This document shows, piece by piece, positions 23,981 through 23,987 of a DNA stretch of 23,987 bases. Numbering within the stretch: the first letter of the stretch is position 1; each line of letters starts with the position of its first letter. The notes under the pieces are model-generated. The model searched no databases, had not been told where the DNA came from, and worked only from the letters and a program-made list of their open reading frames with translations. Source of the DNA: Verrucomicrobiota bacterium (GTDB taxonomy: Bacteria; Verrucomicrobiota; Verrucomicrobiia; Limisphaerales; CAZBKV01); the NCBI GenBank assembly GCA_021160185.1, contig JAGHDA010000115.1, positions 1 to 23,987 of the forward strand, given 5' to 3'. The position numbers and the translations under genes were made by a program.

Positions 23981-23987
23981 CCAAATC

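Noticed and set aside
23346-23984. 212-aa version of the regulator ORF starting at 23984
   Set aside because: The N-terminal ~100 aa are Gly/Arg/Cys-rich nonsense produced by reading the membrane-protein gene out of frame. The true regulator starts at GTG 23693, right after the membrane protein stop.
1-23987. CRISPR arrays, tRNA/rRNA genes, IS/transposase or integrase genes
   Set aside because: No periodic repeat-spacer structure, no cloverleaf-like conserved tRNA motifs spotted in the intergenic regions, and no DDE/tyrosine-recombinase motifs in any frame that I examined.

Overview
High-GC (~65-70%), gene-dense chromosomal window. The high GC produces long antisense 'shadow' ORFs rich in R/G/P/A, which I discard. 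There are no rRNA, tRNA, CRISPR or transposase signatures. A prepilin-type (DUF1559-like) pseudopilin and a prepilin peptidase suggest a Planctomycetota/Verrucomicrobiota-like genome (inference).

Gene content, 5' to 3':
- a translationally coupled tricistron on the minus strand: a ClpX-like AAA+ unfoldase without a zinc-binding N-domain, a DUF2905-like small membrane protein, and the gyrase inhibitor YacG
- infC (IF-3) with a TTG start and a perfect Shine-Dalgarno (SD)
- a Tat-secreted GH10-like glycosidase
- a minus-strand array: ECF sigma factor, anti-sigma factor, a 4-TM protein, a DUF3137-like protein, LemA
- a degenerate receiver-domain protein
- a PpiD-like chaperone
- an FG-GAP repeat protein
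- a prepilin peptidase with a ~110-aa loop insertion
- a five-gene minus-strand membrane-protein module: an orphan ABC-2 permease, a polytopic HflK-like fusion interrupted by a single in-frame TAG, HflC, HflK, and a CPC-type P1B heavy-metal ATPase
- a radical SAM enzyme preceded by a perfect 8-bp inverted repeat
- a DUF1559-type pseudopilin
- a tail-anchored zinc-ribbon-like protein
- a small membrane protein coupled to a winged-helix regulator

The most interesting candidates for undescribed biology are the ABC-2 / triple-SPFH / P1B-ATPase module and the ClpX-like–DUF2905–YacG tricistron.

I could not run any database search, so all family assignments rest on motifs I recognised by eye.
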